A DNA stretch of 64,000 bases from Epiperipatus broadwayi. Taxonomy: Eukaryota > Animalia > Onychophora. A program made the position numbers and the translations under genes. The notes beneath the pieces are model-generated. The model was given only the letters and a program-made list of their open reading frames with translations. It was not told where the DNA came from and made no database searches. The stretch lies in NCBI GenBank assembly GCA_028023455.1, contig JAQFVV010000009.1:10478001-10542000 (forward strand). The letters are read 5' to 3'. Shown piece by piece: positions 25,812 to 38,000 of the stretch. Positions within the stretch are counted from its first letter, which is position 1. The number at the start of each line of letters is the position of its first letter.

Positions 25812-26990
25812 CACCTGGGTCTCTTTTTACGTGGACTTATTTAACACGATTTTGAAGTTACACGATTCATGTTTCACCGGAAGTCAAACTCCAATAATGC
25901 GCTATTACTTTAAATAATAAATTTCGCTCACTTACGTTATATTGAAAGTAATAGCACATTATTGGAATTCGACTTTCATCTTAGTAATTTCGATATTTTC
26001 AGTGCTTTATAATAGTAAGATTTTATGCAATAATGAAATTAAAATCCTGATTTCCACATTTTATGTATACACACATTAAATTTTACAAGATTATAATGTA
26101 AATTTGTTCAAACATTGTGCGTGTTAATTTTGCATTTTAAATCACATTCTGTTTTTGCTTTTTAAAAAAGAACGTAATCAATTATTAATCATTTAGTATC
26201 CACAAGTTTATTTTTAAAAGGTGAGTAATAGCAATGGGCGCAATTAAATTTGACAATTAAAAATTAAAATCTGATTTTTAATTGTAATTACAATTTAAAA
26301 ATTACTTACGGCGACTTGAAATTAATGTGATGTAAAACAAAATTTGATTTTTAAACGGAATTGAAAATTAAAAAATTAAAGACAAAAATAAGAATTTAAT
26401 TTTTAGTTGTTAGTTTTAATTAAATTTTTCCCAGCAGTGGTGAATAAATGTCTTTTTATTATCATAAGTCTAAGTTCATAAACAATTAATAAAATCATTG
26501 TCTCAAAGATTAATTACTAATTACGTTGTCAACAGAAAACCATTAACACAACATGAGAGTGAACTTGGCGCTAGTTGTATTTCCTCTTGTGAGAATCTGA
26601 TTTTTTACCAGTTTGCAAACGAACGTGTTTTTTGGCAAATAGCGATAATAATTAAAACATGTATAAAAAAAATGTAAATTACTGTACTGTAAATTATGCA
26701 TAAAAGTATATTATTTTGAATAAAATTAAATATTATAGTTAAAAAAAGTTTGTCTTGTATCAATTTTTTTCAAATTTGAAATTTTTTATTAGTCATATTT
26801 TATTTCCTTATTTTTTTTTTTGCGCGAATTTTAAAGTAATTTTACGTTGGTGCTTTGTTTTTACGCAAATTTTGAAAAATCACAGACCACATCCCCCCTT
26901 TTTCAATGTAAGTTACGTCTATTTTTGTGTGATTTCATTTGTGCATGTTTTCTGAAGAACCTATCTATCGTGTAAAATGAGACCCAGGTG
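25812..26990. mobile_element. Non-autonomous Tc1/mariner-superfamily (pogo/Tigger-like) TIR element
   Basis: TA|CACCTGGGTCTCTTTTTACG ... CGTGTAAAATGAGACCCAGGTG|TA gives ~22-bp TIRs with a TA TSD. No transposase ORF. Internal hairpin at 25880-25977. Confidence 0.85.
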
Positions 26991-27566
26991 TACATGATAA
27001 AAATAAGAAGCAATGTTTATCCTCAACTTCTTTAATTTTTGGAATACCAAAGTGTTTAAAGTTAACAGAAGAAGACTACTATTATTTATAGATCCACTAA
27101 CATACTAGCATTACAATTTAAATTAATAAATAAGTATGAAATATACTCATATGGTAAAGAATATTCATCAGTTATATAATGCTTCAGATTTCAAATGGTT
27201 GCAGTCAAAATCTTATTCTCTTTGTTTCACAAGAAAAAGTGTGAAAAAAGAAGGTTTATGTAATGATCGTTTATTGTCATGAGTATTATATGTATTGTAT
27301 TGTAATATTATGCTCATTATTGTTACACATTTAAAAACTGGTCTACATAGAAAATGAAACTTGTGATATAAACATAAGCTTGTTATAAATATAAAAAAAG
27401 GTAAAGGTAATCTTATTTAATATAAATTTTGTTCATATTTTGAATATGAATACAGGTAAAAAGGTTAAAATTTCTCACAATAAATTATTACAATTTTATC
27501 TTAATATTTTTCTTTCTAAAAATCACATGATCACCATCTCTTATGCTAGCACATAACTTATTAAAC

Positions 27567-27707
27567 AGGCAAAACTCTTAGTGCCACCCTGTCAATGAAT
27601 TCCAGAAGACTAGTGCACTAGATGGGGATTTTATGCATACACCTTCTGGCATATATTGATTACTCTGTTTGGCACAGGGTGGCACTACTGTATAGAGAGT
27701 TTTGCCT
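27567..27707. repeat. Small fold-back containing a piece of the 43979 HHR-element family
   Basis: aggcaaaactct..tagtgccaccctgt / acagggtggcacta..agagttttgcct arms. The interior gcactagatgggg..gattactctg..ggcac matches the minus strand of 43895-43975. Confidence 0.8.
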
Positions 27708-29231
27708 TTTTAATTTTTTTTTCTAGTTGATAAAAAAGCTATAATTGCTAAATAGTAATAAATGGGTAATGTCCAACTCTAGTTAATTTAAGTGCACTAG
27801 ATATGGTGTTTTATACGTAATACTTAACTAATTAATAGCTAATGATAGTTATAGCTGTGGGTCATTCTCGAATTGATAATGATAATTATAATTTTCATGT
27901 ATTAAATAGAAATATATTTCATTTTGCTTAGTGTTTTTATATATTAGTGGTAAGTGATATTAGTATGAGATTTAACTGTTATCATGTTGAATGATTATAG
28001 TGATACATGTATAATATTTGGAATATGTGGTTAATCCATGTTATATCGCATCAGGTGTACCTGTTCCTTTGCTTTACTCTGAATAATGATAGAAATGATT
28101 ATCGTGGGTGAATCATAAAACTTTGAGCAGATTAAGGCCATACTTTCATAATGTATCTGTATAGTTATTTAAATAAGGGATTAATTACACCTTCCTTTTT
28201 TATATTCTTAAAGGTTATCCAAAAGTGACACCAGGATTTCAAACCATTTGCAATCATGAAATGACCATTTGTTCTCTTTTGCCTTAGCTCAACCTATTAC
28301 ATCTCTGGATATATCATATGTTTTATTATGTGCCATATTCTTAAGTTTTAATAACAACAGAATCATTTCTGAAATATAGTATTAAAAATGTAGACTGTAC
28401 TTAGCATTGAGAAAATGATGATAAGATATAATATTTATTAAAAGTTATTTTATATAGTAGATTGTTACCTAGTGCCTATCGATTTAAGATGATTTCATCT
28501 ATATCATTAATCTATGTTATTTATCATTTATACCCAAATTATTTAGAATGCGGATTTTTTTTTCATTAATAGGAAGTCAATAGTTTTTAGTAACATATTG
28601 TAGCATAAATTATTATATCTTAAGTATATTTATTGTGTTATCCTGTATAATATAATATTGGTAGCTTATTATCCATTGGATAGGAACTTTGAAAATATAT
28701 TGCCTGTGTCTATTTGGAGTGAATAAGTTTTTTTAAATCATACTATTAATAAATAGATAAAATATAAAATGTATAATAAATCAAAATAAACTCAATGTAA
28801 TTAATAGACTTAAATAATTAATTAAAAGATAATAATCTATTAAAATGGTAAATAGATCCTAAGAAATCTTCCCTTAGTAATATAATGATATAATAAAATC
28901 TTGTTCTATGTAATTTTTATGCATAATTGTCCAAAATATGTATGTTTTCTTTGGTGTTGTTAGCATTTTACAAACTTGTAAATAATGTAAATAATTTTTA
29001 TTTGAAAATGTATCTGACTGTCTATGGCCTTATTGCTAAACATTATCCATATTATTATTCCTATTGCTATCAACATATTATTTCTATTGTTGTCATAAAT
29101 ATCATCATCAGTTTATATAATAGATTTGATTATGCCTTAGCATATCAAGATATGTTTTGCCAAGCTCTTATATTTAGAATATATAAAGTTTTATTGCTTA
29201 TTGATCAAAACACTGTTGATCTTAAGTACAT

Positions 29232-29993
29232 ATAGGGGATTTGAATTCAGACTTTCAAGAACCCACTAACTATCCCCACTATCTCATGCAACTGATACAC
29301 ATGACCACACACATGTAGAAAAGATAAATAATCACCAATATACATATTTCATGCTAAACCAGCACCCATCAGTTGGGTCAGATTATCATCTCCCACACAC
29401 ATATATAATCAGTGCTCAGTTTATATTAAGACAGCAAATCTTCACACTTTAATTGACAGGCTTCAAACTACTCCAACTTTACAGCCATCCATATCATTGA
29501 AAATCTGATGATGGAAAGCCAAATCCCATGCTGAAGCCAACATTATTGCCAAGCCCATGTTGATCTGAAGTCCCTCTGACCCCTCATGTATACGATCTTA
29601 TCCATTTAAATACATAGAAGATGGATGGGCAGGATACAAGCTTATATGTAAATATTTGAAAACCAGGCTCGCTTCACAAACCTGGAACTTAATTGTAAAT
29701 ATAGGGGATTTGAACTCAGACTTTCAAGCACTCAACAACTATTCACATTATCACATACAACTGATACACATGACCACACACATGTAGAAAATATAAATAA
29801 TCACCAATATGTGTATTTCATGCTAAACCAGCACTCATTAGTTGGTCCAGATTATCATCTTCCACACACATATATATATATAATCAGTGCTCATTTTATA
29901 TTAAGATAGCAAATCTTCACACTTTAATGGACAGGCTTCAAACTACTCCAACCTCCAACTTTTCAGCCATCCATATCATTAAAAATCTGATGA
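29232..29993 (+). mobile_element. Retrozyme-like insertion: 1.6 tandem copies of a 469-bp unit with 16-bp TSD
   Basis: Unit restarts at 29232 and 29701 (ataggggatttgaa.tcagactttcaag). Flanked by identical TTGATCTTAAGTACAT at 29216-29231 and 29994-30009. HHR-like CTGATGA at 29505 and 29987. Confidence 0.85.
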
Positions 29994-30200
29994 TTGATCT
30001 TAAGTACATGTATTATTTTCAAATAATGTTTTAAAGAATAAATATTTAGTTTTTGGAATAACCTGTTTATCTAAATCATTAAATACATCATTCACTGATC
30101 TTGATCATATTGTCCATAGTTGCTAAATAAAATATAGTTTGTAGATTATTATATTTACTTTATTAAGAATTTATTAATATTTCATCAAATTTAAAGTTTA

Positions 30201-30335
30201 TTTTATTGTTGCTATTGGAATAGTTAAATGTTCTTACTGATTCCATTTTTGTTTTATGAACTATCTTATTTTATTGTTGCTATTGGAATAGTTAAATGTT
30301 CTTACTGATTCCATTTTTGTTTTATGAACTATCTT
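30201..30335 (+). repeat. Perfect tandem duplication, 68-bp period
   Basis: ttttattgttgctattggaatag...tgaactatctt occurs at 30201 and 30269. Confidence 0.95.
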
Positions 30336-33300
30336 TGCTTGTTATATTTGGATAGTGGCAAAATTCCTCTCACTGATCCAAATATATCTTTTAAAATAAT
30401 AACATTCAAATTATTGAACCCTAAGAAAATCGAGTTATTAATTAATTGTCTCAACTTTGATCCTATTGTTAGTTTTTTTATTTCTTAAGTCATTTGCTAT
30501 GCTTGGCCTTGATCTCTTATGTCTATCCTTATTGTTTAATTGATTCAATATAATTTATGATGTAAGTTTCTTTCTCTAATTTAAAACTCATAACCCATTT
30601 TAATTTAGTGGTTAAATATTTTGTTTTAGTCAAGCTTAGAACCTCTTGCCTTTATTTCATTATTATCTTGCTGTTGTTAAAAATATTGTTTAATAGTTCA
30701 GAATTTCATTCTTCATCATTAACATTGTTATCATATCTCATCCATATCTTACTTTCTTTTATTTTCATCCTCATTTCATCTTGACACTATCATAAATGAT
30801 TCATTCTTCATTGATCCCTATTCGATCACCATCTTAATTATTCATCACCCTAACCCATTTTCCTTTTCTTCTATTCACTCTTAAGTCTATTCATTTTCAT
30901 TAGGTAATTATTATTTGTTCTTCATCATTCATTTAATCTTCTACATCTTTATTCATTATCATACAACTAATAATTCTAATTCCATACTCATTTCATACAT
31001 GGATGCCATCCTGATCATTAACTATTTAGTAGAATTACAAATTAAATTTATATATTAATATTTTTACTTTAGATCTTGGAAGTTAGTTTAATCAATGTCT
31101 AATATTAGCTCTGAGAGATATAAGGCTGATATTATATATATATATATAAACTATAAGTGTCCAGTCAATTTAAAGTACAATATAGTTTTACATTTTTATT
31201 TACTGTGCCAATACTAAAAACTTAAAAATAATAGACTTTTTTTAATATTAAATGCTTTTATTGATTGCGCACTAAAAAGAAATAAAATAATTATTTCTTC
31301 AACCACAATTGGAGTTTTTAGATTTAAATTAAAATAAAAGCATGAGAGCATCAGAAAATAATTAAGTCAGTCCCTATTTTTAATAACAAGAGATTAACTT
31401 AATTATTTTCTGGACCGCCCCATAATTTTATTTTAAGTTAAATCTGAAAACTACAATTATGGTTGAAGAAACAGTTATTTTATTTCTTTATAGTGCACAG
31501 CCAATAAAAAGAATTTAATATAATTTTTTTTATCTCTATTATAGCTTTTTTTTTTTTTTTAACAATGATTAAAATTCTGATATATTTATTCATTAGTAAA
31601 GACTATTTATTTGCTGTGAATATAAATTGTGATTCTAAGTTGAGATTTTTCATAATTTAGAGGATATTTTAAACAAATAACTGAATTAACCTGTACTTGA
31701 GGGTTTTTTTATTATTATTCAATCCATCTTTTAACAGTTATCTTTACTTGCAGATGATTCCTTTTTTTTTTCTTGTGTAAATTTTAAGTAAATCCATCAC
31801 CAATATTGCTAAAGTAAGAGCATACCAGCTCTTTATTAGTGTATAGATTTTTTTGTGAATCTTCCCTAGATACTTATATATGTACTCACTATATCAAATT
31901 TTTATCAATTCGTCAAAAAAGAGGAAAACAATAAAAATGAACATATAGATTTACACATACATATATACATATTATTTATAATAATAATTAAATGAATAGA
32001 TCTGAAAGACTATGTGATGTTTTAGCATTAGAAATGGCAGTTAAGTTAAACTACACTTAATCATATATATTCATTCACATTTATATGCCATAAATGAAAT
32101 TGTTTATTACTGATCAAGACATAGAGGTCTTAAATAAATAGTTAGTTATTTAATTTAAAAGAAATTTTCCAAAATTTAATTCAATATTTTTTTTATAAAT
32201 ATTAATTTGATTTTTTGATATCTTGTCTTCATAAACAACAAGAAGAAACAATAATAAACATATGAAACTTGTCAAATGCAAGAAAAAGAAATCCCTTAGA
32301 AAATATGTAAGTTTGAGAGGTGAGAGTTAAACATCAATTTATTTCTATTGATTAAAATGTCTATTAATTATGTATTAGTGGTATTTTATATATATTTAAA
32401 ATTTTAAAAAGTGATTATAAAGTTAACATTATTGAACATGATATTGAAGTTCAGATATTATTTTTAAAAAGAAGATATTAACTTATATTTTACAGGAAGT
32501 TGCAATTCATTTTCTTATTAAATTAATTTTATTGAAAACATTTTATTGGTTTTACTAAATTTATTTTTTAATTAAAAATTACAGTTACTTTTAAAATTAT
32601 TTTTGTTTTATGTTGGGAAGCTTTCAAAAACTGAGGTCAAAATATCTTAAAAAAATAATAGGATATATATATATATCATAGCTTCTCTTAATTAATAAAA
32701 ATATTATTACAGTTTATTTGAACAAGAGGATAAACAAAACTATTTTAATAAAATGTGTAATTGTTTGTGAATTTAATGCACATATCAACAGAATGTACAA
32801 AATTTATACTCTCTCAAACACATGTAATTATATATATATAGTTTATATTGCTATTATGATATATATTAATAACATTTAAAATAAAATAAATGTTAAAATA
32901 GCATAAGTGATTTTATACATTTTATTCTATTTTATTTTATTTTATTCACTATTCTTCAACATTACTTCAATTTTTTTTTCAAAAAATATTTTAAAATATC
33001 ACTTTTGTTTTTATAAAATTTGTTTTATTATACTGTAATGTAAATTCCTCCAATAATTATAATTTTTCAATCATATTCTATGAACTTTATTATAGGGATT
33101 TTCATTACTAAAAAAAAAAAAACAGAGAATAAGATTAAATCATAAATTTTAGTCACATATACATATTCATTTTAATACAATGTACATTTATATTACTATT
33201 AAATGAACTCTATATACCATCATTTTTATATTTTTCTTGAAACGGCTGTATAATAAAAATAGTATTACTCAAAATATTTTTTTTTAATTATAATTTTCCT

Positions 33301-33426
33301 TTAATTTTTAACCCTAACTTATAAATCTAATACTTTTTCAAGATAATATCAACAAATGTCAATTTTGATCTTTAGATTATTAAAATCTTTTACTTAAATA
33401 TATAATTAAATTTGGTACTCATCTTA

Positions 33427-34590
33427 TAGCTAAAGGCACCGCTCTATGGCGCGATTTTCACGCCAAAACACATAAAAATGCTGTTTCTGCGGCCGATACG
33501 TTCGAACCCGCATTTTCTATAATACAACTTTTTTGTTGTGCCACAGAATGCAGGCCACTATGTTGCTTTGCAGTACAGCATGTATGTCGCATAGCTGCAA
33601 ATACATTTTCCGAATTTGCACAATTTATAAAATAATTATGGCTTGATGAGAGAGTTTGTATTTGAATTGTATTGAAATGTTGTTTTCATTGGATTTTTTT
33701 TTATTTTAAACTATTGAAATATTCATATTTTTTAAAACAATAATTATAAGACTTTTTACAACGTACTGTATTGAACTTTTATTTGGTAAAATATTAAATA
33801 TTTATGTTTTTATTGAGTTGCAATTAGGTAACGTGACAAAGAAGATTCTACCGTCTGTATATTTTTGAAGTAAAAAAGAGCAGTAGGAAAAAAATTACCA
33901 GTCAGAAAAGTCCAAATATACAGGTTTTTTTGTAAATTTAATAAAAAACAAATATTATAAACATGTTTAATAAGTAAAGAAGACATGTGTTTGTTGTTAT
34001 TTAAAAAAGTTTGAGTTTCTTTCTTCTGTCCGAGTACGGTTACGATTTTGAATTTTTTTATTTTAGCATTACAAACAAACAGAACCCTAACCCTAAAACT
34101 AACTCTAAACTAACCCTAAACCTAACCCTAAAACTAACCCTACACTAACCCTAAAACTAACCCTAAATCTAACCATAACAACTTTTACTTTTATTACGAT
34201 TAATATTTTTTAGTTAAACAACAACAAAAAAAGTCTTAACACAAGTAAAAAGATATCCGATAAAAAATTGATAAAAAAAAAAAGCCGTATCACAAGTAAA
34301 AAAATATCCGATAGAAAATTGATAAAAAAAAGCCATAACACAATTTAAAAAGTATACAATATAAAAAACACGAATCAAATTGTAATTTGTTGATTTTATT
34401 TTACATTTATTATTATCATTTAAATTGTATACGTTAATAAAAAATAATATTTAAAAAAGACGATTTTGTTTTGTTTTTATTTTCGCATTACAAAAAAGCA
34501 CAGAAAAATTATTAAAATCAACGGCCCATGAATGTTCATATTTTATAGTTTTAGCATGAAAACGGCGCCATCCAATGGCATCTTTATCTA
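33427..34590. mobile_element. Non-autonomous TIR element (unclassified) carrying a TAACCC-type array
   Basis: TA|TAGCTAAAGGCACCGCTCTATGGCGCGATTTTCACGCCAAAAC versus the reverse complement of the right end TAGATAAAGATGCCATTGGATGGCGCCGTTTTCATGCTAAAAC; TA flanks. CpG-richer than its surroundings. Confidence 0.8.
34083..34179 (+). repeat. Telomere-like AACCCTAAA(A/C)CT minisatellite (11-12-bp units)
   Basis: About eight degenerate units, each containing TAACCC. Confidence 0.95.
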
Positions 34591-34919
34591 TAATACAAGC
34601 ACCTTAAATTTATTAATATTATATATTGTATTCAATTTAAGTTTTTAATTTTGTATACATATATTATTCTTTATTTTTTTTTCTTTATAATGTTTTACAT
34701 TTTTAACATTTTATTATAAACTAAGTTTTCTTTTTCTTTCTTTTACATATATGTATACCATTAAATTCTTATCCCTCATCTGTCATAGTAAACATGTTTT
34801 TAATTTATTCTTTGCCATTCTTATATAATCTGTCTTAAGTGGTTTTTGCTCACTATTTCTGTAAATTATCTGATAAATTTATTTTAGTTTACTTAAAATG
34901 ATTTTTTTTCTTTATAAAA

Positions 34920-35090
34920 GTAATATATATTATGGCTATAATCTTAAGACTATGTGCCTAGATGTGACAGTAGGGACTTCTACAAATCTTAAACACAAGA
35001 TTAATGACTTTAAAAGACAAGAGCAGCCACTCTTATAGCCTTAATATATATTATTTAGGTAATGAATATGTGCTTAACAAATTATTAATT
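34920..35090 (-). mobile_element. Second copy of the 17124 palindromic element with most of one arm missing
   Basis: Both flanks match 17124-17176 and 17313-17340 in reverse orientation; only one arm of the long palindrome is retained. Confidence 0.7.
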
Positions 35091-38000
35091 ATAATTTTAT
35101 TTATAAAACTAAGTTTATTACTAGTATTTCTCTTTTATTTATAAATCAAACTTAATACAATAAGATATTTTAATTTTTTATTAATATATATTTTTTAATT
35201 TGTAAAAAGTATTTTTATTATTTTAAAATTACAAAAACAAACAATCTATTATTATTTTTCCATTTTTTTATTATTTATACTTATATCATTAATACTATTT
35301 TCATAATCATCTATATTATTAACATTCAAATGTTTTATTTTTAACTTATCCTTTTTTTTTATTAATTTTTTAAAATAATAGTTTCTTATAGCTTTGTTTT
35401 TAATTCTTATGTTCATTAAAACATGTCTGGGATGCTTTCCCCATTCTTTTATTAATAATATTAGTCTTTTATGTATTTTCTATATTAGATCTCCAATTAG
35501 TTAGCAAATGATTAAAAGGTTTCTTTTAAAATATTTATCTTTATAAAATTTTTTTTCTTGAAATTTTTACAAATTTTAATATATATAAAATTTATTCCTG
35601 ATTTATTTTTTCTTTTACCTTAATACCAGGGGACCATGATCATACTTTAATTGTTGTAGGCTTTATTAAGCTTTTTTTAAAAAAAAAAAAATTATGAGCA
35701 AAAAATTTAATTTAAAATTATAGTGATGAATTGATAAAAAAAATTTCATTAAATAATATTAGTATCAAATCATTAAAACTCTCTAAAAATTTTTTTTTAG
35801 TAAAAAATTATCTGATAAATAATATTAGCATAAAACTACTAAAACTTATTAATTTTTTTTTTCTGTATTTTTGTTTTCTTGAGATCCCATATACAGCATT
35901 TTTAATTATTGTAAATTTACTCAGCTTTAAGAAAATTAATGTCTATGATAGTCAAAAAATGTTTTATATTGAATTTAAAATTATAAAAATTTAATAATGT
36001 TGAATTGGTAAAAAAAAAAAAAAAAAATTTCTGATAAATAACTTTAGCACTAAACAGCCAAAACTTTTTTTTTCTTGAAGTCTTGCTCTTTAGAGACCCT
36101 TGCATAGTTTCTTTTTCTCAGTTTTTAAAATTTAATATTTATGGGAAGAAAAAATGTTTTAAATTTAATTTAAAAGTATATTTGAGTTAACAACTTGAAC
36201 TATTTAGATAAAAACATTTTTGAACTTAAATTGAGTCCTCACCTGATGTTTATAGTAAGTAGATAATGTTAACATAATGTATTCCATCTTTTAAATTAAT
36301 TAAATCAAGTTTTTAATTAATATGCAATGCAGTCAATTCACTTCAAATTAACTTTATGGTTTACAGTTTGCAACAAATCACAAAAGCTGAGGAAGGACTT
36401 TAAACATCATTATATTTATTTCAGAATGCCTGCCTAGATTTGATAGTTTAATATCTAAAAATGATGAAACTATTAAAATATAATATAGATTATTCTTAAT
36501 TCAATATCATTAATAAATTTAATAAAGTAATTATCATTTTTTATTCCCTTTGAATACTAAAAAATAATTATGTTTATATTTGAGATAAGATATTGGTTGA
36601 TGTTGAATATTTTTAAACATTTGTGCAAAGAATTACACATAGCACTGAAATGAATGTAAGTTTAGTTTAACTAGAAAAACAAGAATTTTCATTAAAAAAA
36701 AGTAAAAGTAAGGAATTTAAAGAAGTTGCTCATATGACAATGACAAATAATCCCACAATACAATTCAGTATGATAATCCAAATATTTTATTAAGCCTATC
36801 GTTAAAAAAAAAAAAAAATGAAAATAAGTCTCATGTATAAATGACTTAAATTTTTATTGTCTATTTTATTTGACAAAATAGCATAATTAGTTACAATGTC
36901 ACTTTAAATTTCATATTCTCAAATCAAAAAGAAAAATACACTTGTAATAAGTATGACTATTCTAACACCAGGAAAAAAAAAAGTTAAGCAGTAAATTAAA
37001 AATGAGTTTTGCAATTATACAAATCATCCCATACATCAAAATATTTCATATATATTGTATTTTAGTCTACTTATTTGATGTCTTATATTGCTGACTTTTA
37101 ATTTCTTCAAAAACATACTTAGCTTTCTAAAAATTGTTGCAATAGTTTTCTAATTCTAGTTCTCTAAAATATTTTATTATCAACTATATCTTAAAACCCA
37201 AATGAAAGCAGCTGATATTTCACTTTTTTAGAATATCACTGAAATAGTCTCTACAATGTTTCTAATTTTACTTAATTTAAATTAACAAACTTAATCTCTA
37301 AACCTACATTCTTGATACTTACTTCATGAAGTTGACTATAAATTGTTTTAAAAATTGCTCTCATAAAAGTGCAAAACAAAACTGGAACTATTATCTACCT
37401 TGTAAATTTTAAGTGCCCCTGACTTTTCAATGCAAACTGTACTCATGTTCTTCATAAAATATTTTTTAACAAATCTATTTATTACTCTTTGTCTATTTCA
37501 TTTAATAATTGTAGATTCATTATCATAACATTCAGAAAACTAAAGAATAAGATTAGTTTTATGATATTACCATCTGGCTTTCAGAATATTTTTAAATGAA
37601 ATCTAGTTCAGGATTTAATGCTATATAATAAATTTAAAAGTATTTCAATTCTATGTGTAAGTTATTTATGTGAAGCAGTAACAAAATTGTAATGTAGAAT
37701 TTTTATCTTTTATATTTGTAAATGCAACGGCAATATATTGAAATCTATATTATATACCAATATCTATATCCCCCCCCCCCTTTTATTTTATTTTATTTAA
37801 ACAACTATTTTTGCCTTTGAATAATAAGACACCTGATTTTTATTTTTGAATACTAATCACTAAACCAAATTCTTTTTAGCTTGCATTGTAAAAATTAAGA
37901 ATATATTACATATCACTTTTTGAATTGACAAAAATAATTCAAGCATTAGCATAGTTCAACTATATAAGCTGAAAAGATAAAGCTCTGTTTTACTTTTATT

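Noticed and set aside
34083-34179. True telomere or CRISPR-like array
   Set aside because: Units are degenerate 11-12-mers inside a TIR element, with no spacers and an internal location.
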